The position numbers were made by a program, and so were the translations under genes. The notes beneath the pieces were generated by a model. That model did no database searches, was not told where the DNA came from, and worked only from the letters and a program-made list of their open reading frames with translations. Positions 10,745 through 18,631 of a stretch of DNA of 64,000 nt are shown one piece after another. Each line of letters starts with the position of its first letter. Within the stretch, counting starts at the first letter, position 1. The stretch lies in the sequence record LR756504.1. One strand, 5' to 3'.

Positions 10745-11563
10745 TTATTTAATTACGTCTTTTCCTAATTCTATCATTCTTTTAAAAACTGCATCCTTAT
10801 CATTTGGTAAAGTACCATTTACAATTTCATCTTTCAACTTTTTCTTGATAATTCCGATTTCTCTACCTGGTTTTAGATTAAAATAGTCCATTATCTCTTG
10901 ACCAGAAACAGGTGGCTCAAATGTACGAACTTTATCGGCTTCTTCTAAAGCTATCATTTTAGATTTTAGTACATCAATACTTTTAATATTACTTTGTTTC
11001 CTCTCTTCATTCTTTGTTGTCATATCACATTTAGCGAAGAGTAGTAAATCATCCAAATCATCACCAATATCTAATTTAAATCTCCTAAGAGCAGAATCAG
11101 ATACATTAGGGATACATAATACTTTAACTTGACCATGTAAATTAATTAATTTCTTTACATAGTCTATCTTATCCATTGGTAAACTTAAACGTTTGAAAAT
11201 GTTATCAATCATTCTAGCACCAATTTCTTCGTGTAAATGGAATGTCCAACCTAAAGATTTATCATATCTTTTGGATTTAGCTTTTCCAATATCATGTAAT
11301 ATAGAAACACAGATTAACCAAGGGTTATCTGTCATATTTCTTGTATTTCTAACAACTTTTATAGTATGCCAAAAATTGTCTTTATGGCCATTATTACCCA
11401 CCCTTTCAACTCCCTTTAAAGCAGTTAATTCGGGTAATAGATAATCTAATACCCCCATTTCATTTAGTTTTTCTAAATCTTCCGCAGGAGTATTTGAATG
11501 TAAAATGTTCAAAAAAATCTTAGTTTCCTCTTTAAATGATTCAAATGTCATAAAATATTTCAT
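10745..11563 (-). CDS. HD-domain protein resembling the C-terminal half of CCA-adding enzyme/poly(A) polymerase (no nucleotidyltransferase head)
   Basis: YLLPELTALKGVE, HKDNFWHT, LHDIGK, TFHLHEEIGA, PPVSGQEIM...LKPGREIG; N-terminal MKYFMTFESF tag. Confidence 0.8.
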   Translation of the reverse strand: MKYFMTFESFKEETKIFLNILHSNTPAEDLEKLNEMGVLDYLLPELTALKGVERVGNNGHKDNFWHTIKVVRNTRNMTDNPWLICVSILHDIGKAKSKRYDKSLGWTFHLHEEIGARMIDNIFKRLSLPMDKIDYVKKLINLHGQVKVLCIPNVSDSALRRFKLDIGDDLDDLLLFAKCDMTTKNEERKQSNIKSIDVLKSKMIALEEADKVRTFEPPVSGQEIMDYFNLKPGREIGIIKKKLKDEIVNGTLPNDKDAVFKRMIELGKDVIK

Positions 11564-11591
11564 AAACTATATATACAAATTTACTAATTTT

Positions 11592-11623
11592 TTTGCATTT
11601 CTGCAAATTTTATGTTATTTTTG
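11592..11623 (+). promoter_or_regulatory. Bacteroidota sigma-A-type promoter
   Basis: TTTG(11592)-N20-TATTTTTG(11616). Confidence 0.75.
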
Positions 11624-11646
11624 TTGTTCATAGTTAAAATAATTAT

Positions 11647-12189
11647 ATGAAAGCACCAATGTTCCGTAGTAGTGGAGATTTTCAGCGAGGAAATCATAAT
11701 ACAACAAATCGTAAAAAAAGAATACATTCTTTAATGTCACCTTTACCTTCAAAGAAAACAATAATTAAGATAGGTAATTTTCTATTTAACACAATATTAT
11801 TAATTTCTTTTGCATGGCTTCATTATTGGTCAATAGGTAATTTATTTTTCAAAGATATAAAATCTACTGAACTTGTATATGGAACAATTCATAAAGTTTT
11901 TGAAAGACCTATGCATAATTCGAACACGGGTGATCAAAATGGTGTTGAAAAAATAATAGTGATGAAATATGCAGATGGATATGAAGAGAAAAATGTAAGC
12001 GATAAAACTTTTTATAAAGCTGTTGCTGGTGAAAGAATGTGTTTTGAAAAACATATTAATGATGGTAAATTATTTCTATCATTTCTTGGTATGATAGTAA
12101 TTGTTGTAGTTTATATAATAGTTATTGAAACACATTCAGATAAAATAAAAAAAGCATTTAAATATTTGTGGGACAAACTACCTGACTAA
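11647..12189 (+). CDS. Membrane protein
   Basis: Two hydrophobic segments. Confidence 0.55.
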   Translation: MKAPMFRSSGDFQRGNHNTTNRKKRIHSLMSPLPSKKTIIKIGNFLFNTILLISFAWLHYWSIGNLFFKDIKSTELVYGTIHKVFERPMHNSNTGDQNGVEKIIVMKYADGYEEKNVSDKTFYKAVAGERMCFEKHINDGKLFLSFLGMIVIVVVYIIVIETHSDKIKKAFKYLWDKLPD

Positions 12190-13010
12190 GTATGAAGATT
12201 AATAGAGAACATCCGCAAATAAAACTGTTTGTACAGGAAATGATTAATGAAAAAATTCCTTACTTACCCGATAAATTCGAACAAGAAGATTTTATGTTTC
12301 TTGTTATTGAACAAATGTGGAATAATAATAATTCACCACAATGTGTATCAGCGGATGGTAATGTCGTGGGTGCAAGACGAACTGAATTATTCAAAAAAAT
12401 ATTCGATTACAAAAGAATTTACTTAATTGATGAACTAACAAATGATAAACAAGATAAAAACGTTATTTAAAAGTTTTAGCTTTAGTTGTGAACATAGCTT
12501 TGTATCAGATATTCAACTCAGAATTGTTGAATGTACAAAATGTAATAAAAAATATTGGTACTCTTATGGTGATATTTATTCAAAACCTAATAAAATTCAA
12601 GAGAGAAAAAATAAAATAAAACTACTTAGTTAAGTCTTCTATTTTTATTTCTCTTAAAAGAGGTTTCAAGTCTTCATCAATATGTAGAAAAATATTTTCA
12701 AGAAGTATATGTATCTGTGATGGGACTTGTGCATGATCTCTTCTATCATAAATAAAGAAAATCATTATATCTTGATTTATACTATCAGTTAGATATGAAT
12801 ATTTAGTCTGTACTTTATATGGAATTTTTTCATATATGAAGTATTCGGAGAAAGTTTCTACATTGTTTATATACTTAAAAGTAATTGCCTTTCTTTTTAC
12901 AATATCATAAAATAATGATGGAACTCTTAATGGAGTTGTTAAGTTTTTTGTATTTTTAAGTTTAGGTTTATTAACATTTTTAATCATTTATATAATCCTC
13001 TTAAATCTCA

Positions 13011-13523
13011 TTATTCGAGATTTTCTAATTTTTTTAACAATTTGGTAATCTTACCGAGCATACCACACTGCTTTAAACCTTCGTCTATTTTACATCTAAT
13101 AAACCTTTCAGGATAACATTTTAAAGGCATATCATCTAAAATATAGAAGTTTTCTATATTATTATCATTAATGTATTTAGTAATTTCAGTGTCTCTCTTC
13201 TCAGCCATATCTTCAAATAATTCAAGTTTTCCTGAATCAAGCTTTTTATGAAATATGAAAGGAGTATATTCTGTTGGAATATGACTTACCTTATTCCATA
13301 AAAATATTTCTTGAATTTCGGGAAGAGAAAAGTGGCTTCTCCAATCAGAAGTTAATACAATATTGGTAGGAGTTAATTTTAACGCCTCATTTAATATATT
13401 AACACACTTAGGATCAAATGGATATGTAGTTCCATTGAACCAATTCTTTTTACTCCTGCTTTGTCTAAATGACCAGCTAGTTGTTATCACATCATCGATA
13501 TCTAAAAATAGAACTATCATCAC
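13011..13523 (-). CDS. HAD phosphatase (Swiss-Army-knife RNA-repair HAD type)
   Basis: FLDIDDVI motif I, VLTSDWR motif II, YILDD motif IV. Confidence 0.75.
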   Translation of the reverse strand: MMIVLFLDIDDVITTSWSFRQSRSKKNWFNGTTYPFDPKCVNILNEALKLTPTNIVLTSDWRSHFSLPEIQEIFLWNKVSHIPTEYTPFIFHKKLDSGKLELFEDMAEKRDTEITKYINDNNIENFYILDDMPLKCYPERFIRCKIDEGLKQCGMLGKITKLLKKLENLE

Positions 13524-13639
13524 TAATTATTAACGAAATATAAGTAGGAAAGTTTTGAAAATTAAAGTAGTTTAGCTATATTTAGCTTTAATTTTAATGT
13601 AAAATCAAAACTAATTGAAAATCTATTTATATAAGATAT

Positions 13640-14104
13640 ATGAAAGTATTCGGAAAAGAAAGAAATTGTATAATTCATGATGAAAACAAAGTATGTGGAT
13701 TCTTTGGTGAATATCGCTTCTTATCTAATTATGATTGGTGCGAAATACATTATGATGGATTAGTGTATTCATCTACTGAGGCTGCTTATCAGGCTGCTAA
13801 ATCATTAGATAGAGAAACTCAAATTGAATATACAAGAATGGGTCCATCGGAGTCAAAAAAAATAGCATACAAATTACCTATAAGAGAAGATTGGTATGAT
13901 ATAAGACTTGATGTGATGTATGCGGTTATTAAAGATAAATTTACACGACACGAAGAATTGAAAACTAAATTACTTCAGACGGGTGATAAATATTTAGAGG
14001 AAACTAATTATTGGAAAGATGTTTTTTGGGGTGTGTATGATAGAAAAGGTGAGAACAATTTAGGAAAAATATTAATGCGAGTTAGAGAAGAAATTAAAAA
14101 ATAG
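13640..14104 (+). CDS. NADAR family protein (YbiA/RibX-like)
   Basis: FLSNY, EAAYQAAK, LLQTG...LEETNYWKDVFWG, GENNLGKILMRVR. Confidence 0.9.
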   Translation: MKVFGKERNCIIHDENKVCGFFGEYRFLSNYDWCEIHYDGLVYSSTEAAYQAAKSLDRETQIEYTRMGPSESKKIAYKLPIREDWYDIRLDVMYAVIKDKFTRHEELKTKLLQTGDKYLEETNYWKDVFWGVYDRKGENNLGKILMRVREEIKK

Positions 14105-14674
14105 AATTATGGATATGTTGACAATCTGTATTGATGAATTAGCTCATTCTGATTATAATGACTACATAGAACAGAATTTATCTTTAGAACAATTAAAAAA
14201 TCTAACTAAATTCTTTTTTGGTTGGAAAGGAATTACTTCAGATGAATTGTGGCATATATATAATTCTGATAATAAAGAAATTATCACAAATATACCGCTC
14301 ATTAAAAGTTTTATTAAATATTGTAAAAACGAACAAGAAATTGAAAATTTAATTAGAAGTTTAGTGTGACGGTTTAATAAAAATATTAATGCTAATATGG
14401 AAACTATATTGAATTACATAGTCAATAATCGCATAGTCAATGTTGATGGTTGGTATTATTGCCAGAAAAATTGCATTGTTAGTGAACATTCGGTAGAACT
14501 TTATTTTGAAAATACAAATTCATCACTTGATTATTATATTATGATTAATTTAAGTAAACCATTTAAGTTTTCATTATATAGAGGTGAAAAAATACAGAAG
14601 AAAGCATTTCAAAAAGCTTTTTATAAAAAGTTACCAAGAAATTTAAAAATTCAAAAATTAGTAGGGGGTAGATT

Positions 14675-15037
14675 ATGATACAAATTGATTTTATCCGAGA
14701 AAATAAAGATATGATAATCGAAGAATTAAATAAAAAACATTTTCGTAATGCAAAAAAATATGTGGAAATAATTTTAGAAACCGATGCTAAGAGAATGTCA
14801 ATTCAAAAAGAATTGGACGAATCTATATTAAGAATTAACATGAAATCAAATGAAATTGAAGTTTATTTAAGTAATGGTGAAATAGAGGCAGCAGAGGACA
14901 TTAAAAATAAATCTAATATATTAGGAAAGAAGATTAAAGAATTAATTAAAGAATTGAAAGATGTTGAAGAAAAACTTAATGATAAATTAGTTAAGCTTCC
15001 TAATATACCGCACACCGATGTTCCTGACATACATTGA
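14675..15037 (+). CDS. Stand-alone seryl-tRNA synthetase N-terminal coiled-coil (tRNA-binding arm); catalytic domain absent
   Basis: MIQIDFIREN...DAKRMSIQKELD...LPNIPHTDVP matches SerRS residues ~1-115 and stops at the domain boundary. Confidence 0.85.
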   Translation: MIQIDFIRENKDMIIEELNKKHFRNAKKYVEIILETDAKRMSIQKELDESILRINMKSNEIEVYLSNGEIEAAEDIKNKSNILGKKIKELIKELKDVEEKLNDKLVKLPNIPHTDVPDIH

Positions 15038-15149
15038 ACGGGAGCGCATTAACACTTTCTATAATTATGCATCTCTTTTAGAAAATAATCAAACAGTTTA
15101 TGATGTTAAATTACCATATGCACAGGATTTTATTTAATAAATTAAAAAT

Positions 15150-15323
15150 ATGAAATTATTAAAAGTAGAATTATTATCATTATTAATTTACGTAATTTTA
15201 ACTCTACCCCATCTTAGTTATTTAATATTTGATGTTGGTATACAATATTCATTACCTGTTTGTTTATCGGTTGGTATAGTTTCAGTTATAATTGGTAATA
15301 TAATAATGTTTGATAGGAAATAA
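15150..15323 (+). CDS. Small two-TM membrane protein (not in ORF track)
   Basis: MKLLKVELLSLLIYVILTL...VSVIIGNIIMFDRK, 57 aa. Confidence 0.5.
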   Translation: MKLLKVELLSLLIYVILTLPHLSYLIFDVGIQYSLPVCLSVGIVSVIIGNIIMFDRK

Positions 15324-15334
15324 TTGATATAAAA

Positions 15335-15366
15335 TTTGGAAGTTTAATTATTTTTGTATATATTTG
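15335..15366 (+). promoter_or_regulatory. Bacteroidota sigma-A-type promoter
   Basis: TTTG(15335)-N20-TATATTTG(15359). Confidence 0.75.
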
Positions 15367-15382
15367 TGTTAAAATTAAATTT

Positions 15383-15901
15383 ATGGGATATTCAATTTCA
15401 CAAGGTAAAACATCTTTTAAAATTAAAGGTGAAAATATTCAAGGAGCATTAAAAGCTATTAAGGATTTTGCATCGAAGCGAACAAAATTAGGATATTTTG
15501 ATGCTAAAAAAATTGCAAATGCTAAAACATTAGACGAAGCGTTTAAAGAACTTTGTTGGAAATTTAAGTACACCGAAGTACAAGAAGATGTTTTAACGCT
15601 TGATAAAGCAAAAGTTATGTTAGAGTCTCTTTATGGAAAAATAAAAAATGAAGGTGCTAGTGAACAATATGCGTTGTCTTGCTTAGATGAAATTATTTCT
15701 AAATTTCCTAAAGATAAAGATGTTATAGGTATCACACAACAAGTCGAATATTTAGGCGAAGAAAGAATAATCTTTAATGTTATTGCACCATTTGTTGAAG
15801 AAGGTAGCTTTATTGAAATTGTGGGTGAGGATGGTGAAACATGGCGTTGGGTTTTTGAAGGTGGTAAGTGTGAAGAAAAGAAACCAAAAATAAAATGGTA
15901 A
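15383..15901 (+). CDS. Hypothetical phage protein
   Basis: 172-aa ORF downstream of promoter. Confidence 0.6.
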   Translation: MGYSISQGKTSFKIKGENIQGALKAIKDFASKRTKLGYFDAKKIANAKTLDEAFKELCWKFKYTEVQEDVLTLDKAKVMLESLYGKIKNEGASEQYALSCLDEIISKFPKDKDVIGITQQVEYLGEERIIFNVIAPFVEEGSFIEIVGEDGETWRWVFEGGKCEEKKPKIKW

Positions 15902-16038
15902 TATTTGTAATTGCGATTCAAGCTGGTAAATGTACAATAGAGAAAAATAAATTCAAAATAAGAAAACAATTTCAAAAAATAAACGTTTACTATAATATAA
16001 CCCATTAAGGGAACAAATAAGTTTAAATATATACTATT

Positions 16039-16128
16039 ATGAAAGCAATGATTTTAAGTTTATGTCTATCGTTATCGCTAAGTTTGCAAAAACTTGGGGT
16101 GGTAGGCGTATGTAAAGTCATTAGTTAA
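16039..16128 (+). CDS. Leu/Ser/Cys-rich attenuator leader peptide (29 aa; not in ORF track)
   Basis: MKAMILSLCLSLSLSLQKLGVVGVCKVIS*; codons 6-16 all Leu/Ser/Cys; AATATATA at 16026-16033 upstream. Confidence 0.85.
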   Translation: MKAMILSLCLSLSLSLQKLGVVGVCKVIS

Positions 16129-16187
16129 TATAAAAGACTTTAAATATCTTAAACCCTAAGTTCAAAAGACTTAGGGTTTTTTGTTTT
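16078..16187 (+). promoter_or_regulatory. Transcription attenuator: protector hairpin, antiterminator and terminator
   Basis: 1:2 CTAAGTTT-GCAA-AAACTTGG (16078-16097); 2:3 AACTTGGGGT (16091-16100) pairs with ACCCTAAGTT (16153-16162); 3:4 AAACCCTAAGT/ACTTAGGGTTT (16151-16179) plus U-tract. Confidence 0.85.
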
Positions 16188-16210
16188 ATATTAAAAAAAT
16201 TAATGAAATT

Positions 16211-16453
16211 ATGGAAAAGATAATGATTAAAGTTGTGGGTATGTTTAGTAATTGTTATATTCCTAAATATGATATGTATTTTGCTACAAAAACAGAACAT
16301 GGTAATGATGCTATAATTAAAAAAGCAAATGCAATGATAACAGTTTCAAATAATTTTAAAAACATTAATGAAGATTATAAAAGACAATTAGAAAATGAAG
16401 ATGAAAAAAATAATGAAACGAAGGCTATATTGGATGGATATAAAGTGATGTAG
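16211..16453 (+). CDS. Hypothetical protein, first gene after the attenuator
   Basis: ORF track 16181..16453; TTG 16181 lies in the terminator U-tract, so ATG 16211 is the likelier start. Confidence 0.6.
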   Translation: MEKIMIKVVGMFSNCYIPKYDMYFATKTEHGNDAIIKKANAMITVSNNFKNINEDYKRQLENEDEKNNETKAILDGYKVM

Positions 16454-16461
16454 TTTTTAAT

Positions 16462-16541
16462 GCTCCCATGGTGGAATGGCAGACACGCTCGGCTTAAAAT
16501 CGAGTGCCTTGTGCATACAGGTTCAAGTCCTGTTGGGAGTA
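16462..16541 (+). tRNA. tRNA-Leu(UAA), long variable arm, no encoded CCA
   Basis: GCTCCCA/TGGGAGT acceptor, CTCGG-CTTAAAA-TCGAG anticodon arm, GGTTCAAGTCC T-arm. Confidence 0.92.
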
Positions 16542-16554
16542 CTAATTATCACAT

Positions 16555-16640
16555 GCCCTTGTGATGTAATGCAGCCATGAACGCCTTAGAAGCGTTTGCG
16601 AAGTAATAGTAGCGTGTAGGTTCGAGTCCTACCAAGGGTA
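16555..16640 (+). tRNA. tRNA-Leu(UAG), long variable arm
   Basis: GCCCTTG/CAAGGGT, AACGC-CTTAGAA-GCGTT, GGTTCGAGTCC. Confidence 0.92.
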
Positions 16641-16649
16641 CACAATAAT

Positions 16650-16738
16650 GGAGGGAATCTGGCTGGATGAAGAGCCAATCTTGAAAATTGGTAAATCGGT
16701 GATGAACTGGTTTGTGGGTTCGAGTCCCACTTCCTCCT
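16650..16738 (+). tRNA. tRNA-Ser(UGA)
   Basis: GGAGGGA/TTCCTCC, CCAAT-CTTGAAA-ATTGG, long variable arm, GGGTTCGAGTCCC. Confidence 0.9.
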
Positions 16739-16744
16739 CAAAAT

Positions 16745-16817
16745 GGTACTATGGCCGAGTGGATATAGGCGCACGTCTGCAAAACGTGATACATCAGTTC
16801 GAACCTGATTAGTACCT
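16745..16817 (+). tRNA. tRNA-Cys(GCA)
   Basis: GGTACTA/TAGTACC, CACGT-CTGCAAA-ACGTG, U73. Confidence 0.93.
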
Positions 16818-16824
16818 CAAAAAT

Positions 16825-16911
16825 GGAGAGTAGGCAAATATTGGTTTGTTGCGGCATCCTGCTAAGATGTTCCGTATAAAAGCGGTGAGGGTTCAATTCC
16901 CTTGCTCTCCT
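16825..16911 (+). tRNA. tRNA-Ser(GCU)
   Basis: GGAGAGT/GCTCTCC, GCATC-CTGCTAA-GATGT, long variable arm. Confidence 0.92.
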
Positions 16912-16990
16912 CAAATAAAGTTCTATTGTGTAAATATTATCACACTTAAACGTAGCCGAACTTTTTGATATATAATATCAAAAAAAAGCT

Positions 16991-17695
16991 ATGAGTTTAA
17001 AAAGTGAGAAAATATTAAAGTATGCTAAAAAAATTAGAGCGATTGAATTATTAGGTGGTTGTTGCATTGAATGTGGTGTTGATAATATACATAAATTATG
17101 TTTTCACCATATAAATAGAAATGATAAAAAATTTGATATTTCGGATAAATTAGGATTAAAGTGGAACAAAATAAAAGATGAAGTTATAAAATGTGAGTTA
17201 TTATGTTTAAATTGTCATACAGAAAAACATTATAATGAAATTTCTGATAAAAAAGATATAAAAAGAAGGAGTGAAAAAAAACTATTTATTTCAATAAAGG
17301 GTGATTCATGTGAATATTGTAATTATAATAAGTGTGATGCAACATTAGAATTTCATCATCATAATGATAATAAAAATTTCTCTATAGGGAAAAAAAGATT
17401 AACTAAAAATAATTTATTATTATTTATAGAAGAAATAAACAAGTGTACTTTATTATGTAAAAATTGCCATATTCATTTACATAAAGATAGTTTCTATGAT
17501 GATAATAAAGATGAAATAATAAAAAAGAAAAATGATTATATTGATTTAAATAAAATTGATTTAGATAAATTTTTTGAATTATATAATGGTGGGTATAAAC
17601 AAGTTGAAATATCAAAACTGTTAAATTGTTCAAAAAGTAGAATCTCAGAATTAGTTTCAAAATATTTTAAAGGGAAGAATACTCAAGTGATTTAA
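16991..17695 (+). CDS. HNH homing endonuclease (two tandem CxxC-HH-CxxCH units plus C-terminal HTH) inside the tRNA cluster
   Basis: CCIECG..LCFHH..LCLNCH and CEYCN..LEFHH..LCKNCH; VEISKLLNCSKSRIS HTH; stop codon lies in the next tRNA. Confidence 0.85.
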   Translation: MSLKSEKILKYAKKIRAIELLGGCCIECGVDNIHKLCFHHINRNDKKFDISDKLGLKWNKIKDEVIKCELLCLNCHTEKHYNEISDKKDIKRRSEKKLFISIKGDSCEYCNYNKCDATLEFHHHNDNKNFSIGKKRLTKNNLLLFIEEINKCTLLCKNCHIHLHKDSFYDDNKDEIIKKKNDYIDLNKIDLDKFFELYNGGYKQVEISKLLNCSKSRISELVSKYFKGKNTQVI

Positions 17696-17763
17696 GAGGA
17701 TACATTGGAAATGTATTAGATCGGGATTAACCTGGTGCGTGAGTTTGAATCTCACTTCTTCCA
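17673..17763 (+). tRNA. tRNA-Ser(GGA)
   Basis: GGAAGAA/TTCTTCC, ATACA-TTGGAAA-TGTAT, long variable arm, T-loop TTTGAAT (non-canonical). Confidence 0.85.
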
Positions 17764-17768
17764 CAAAT

Positions 17769-17842
17769 GGCTTAGTGATGTAATTGGTAAACGTGTTCGG
17801 TTCAAACCCGAAATTTTATAGGTTCGAGTCCTATCTAAGCTA
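17769..17842 (+). tRNA. tRNA with CAA anticodon (Leu), short variable loop
   Basis: GGCTTAG/CTAAGCT, TTCGG-TTCAAAC-CCGAA, 5-nt variable loop, A73. Confidence 0.85.
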
Positions 17843-17853
17843 CAATAATAAAT

Positions 17854-17928
17854 GCCATTGTGGTGGAATTGGTTATACACACTAGTCTAAGAAACTAGGA
17901 ATTGCAGGTTCGACTCCTGTCAATGGTA
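17854..17928 (+). tRNA. tRNA with AAG anticodon (Leu, A34), short variable loop
   Basis: GCCATTG/CAATGGT, CTAGT-CTAAGAA-ACTAG, 5-nt variable loop, A73. Confidence 0.88.
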
Positions 17929-17947
17929 CTAAAAAATATATATTTAT

Positions 17948-18631
17948 GTGATAAAAAAACAAAATGTAAAGGTTAAAATAACAGATATAGCAAATAATAT
18001 TCTATTAAATGGTACTTTTAATATAAGAATTAAAAATTATAGAATTGAAATTTTAATTGATTATCCAACATTTAAAAAATTGGAATCTGAGGATAAAGGA
18101 TATATGTTATTTAATGATATGGTTATTACAATTAATGATATGAATGTAAAACCAATTATTTATTATTTTCTTTTAGAAGAACCTATATCAGATAATGATA
18201 ATAGAAGAGAATTTTTTAAATTTCTAAACGGTAGTGATAAATATATTGAAGAAGAAATGTATATAGTTCATAGAAGAAAGCGTGATTTTACAACAGAGCA
18301 TTTAACTATTGAATTTGATAATATTGAATATTCAATAATTGATTATATAATCTATTGTCAAAAAATTTACGATAAAGCAATTAGACAGAAAATTAATATA
18401 TTTAAACAAAATTTACCAGAAATAATAGAATTTAATTCTACTAAAGAAGTTCTACAACTAAATATTCGTGAAAAAGATGATGATGATGGATTTGTATTTG
18501 AATACTTAGATTGTAATAATAAATCAATTATTAATTTTGAATCGTATGATGATATTAATTCTTATGAGATTTCGGAAATATATGGTAACATGCTTAATAT
18601 AAATAAACAAGTTAAAATATTACAATTTTAG
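17948..18631 (+). CDS. Hypothetical protein
   Basis: 227-aa ORF following last tRNA. Confidence 0.55.
   Translation: MIKKQNVKVKITDIANNILLNGTFNIRIKNYRIEILIDYPTFKKLESEDKGYMLFNDMVITINDMNVKPIIYYFLLEEPISDNDNRREFFKFLNGSDKYIEEEMYIVHRRKRDFTTEHLTIEFDNIEYSIIDYIIYCQKIYDKAIRQKINIFKQNLPEIIEFNSTKEVLQLNIREKDDDDGFVFEYLDCNNKSIINFESYDDINSYEISEIYGNMLNINKQVKILQF

Noticed and set aside
15038-15140. Frameshifted continuation of serS after the N-terminal arm
   Set aside because: Frames downstream close quickly and show no class II synthetase motif; treated as a stand-alone domain.
16586-16774. Minus-strand 62-aa ORF in the track
   Set aside because: Antisense shadow of the tRNA genes.
17769-17842. Reading the GTTCAAAC loop as a UCA (Sec/opal suppressor) anticodon
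   Set aside because: The 5-bp stem TTCGG/CCGAA fixes the loop as TTCAAAC, giving CAA; no alternative stem supports UCA and there is no Sec-type long arm.
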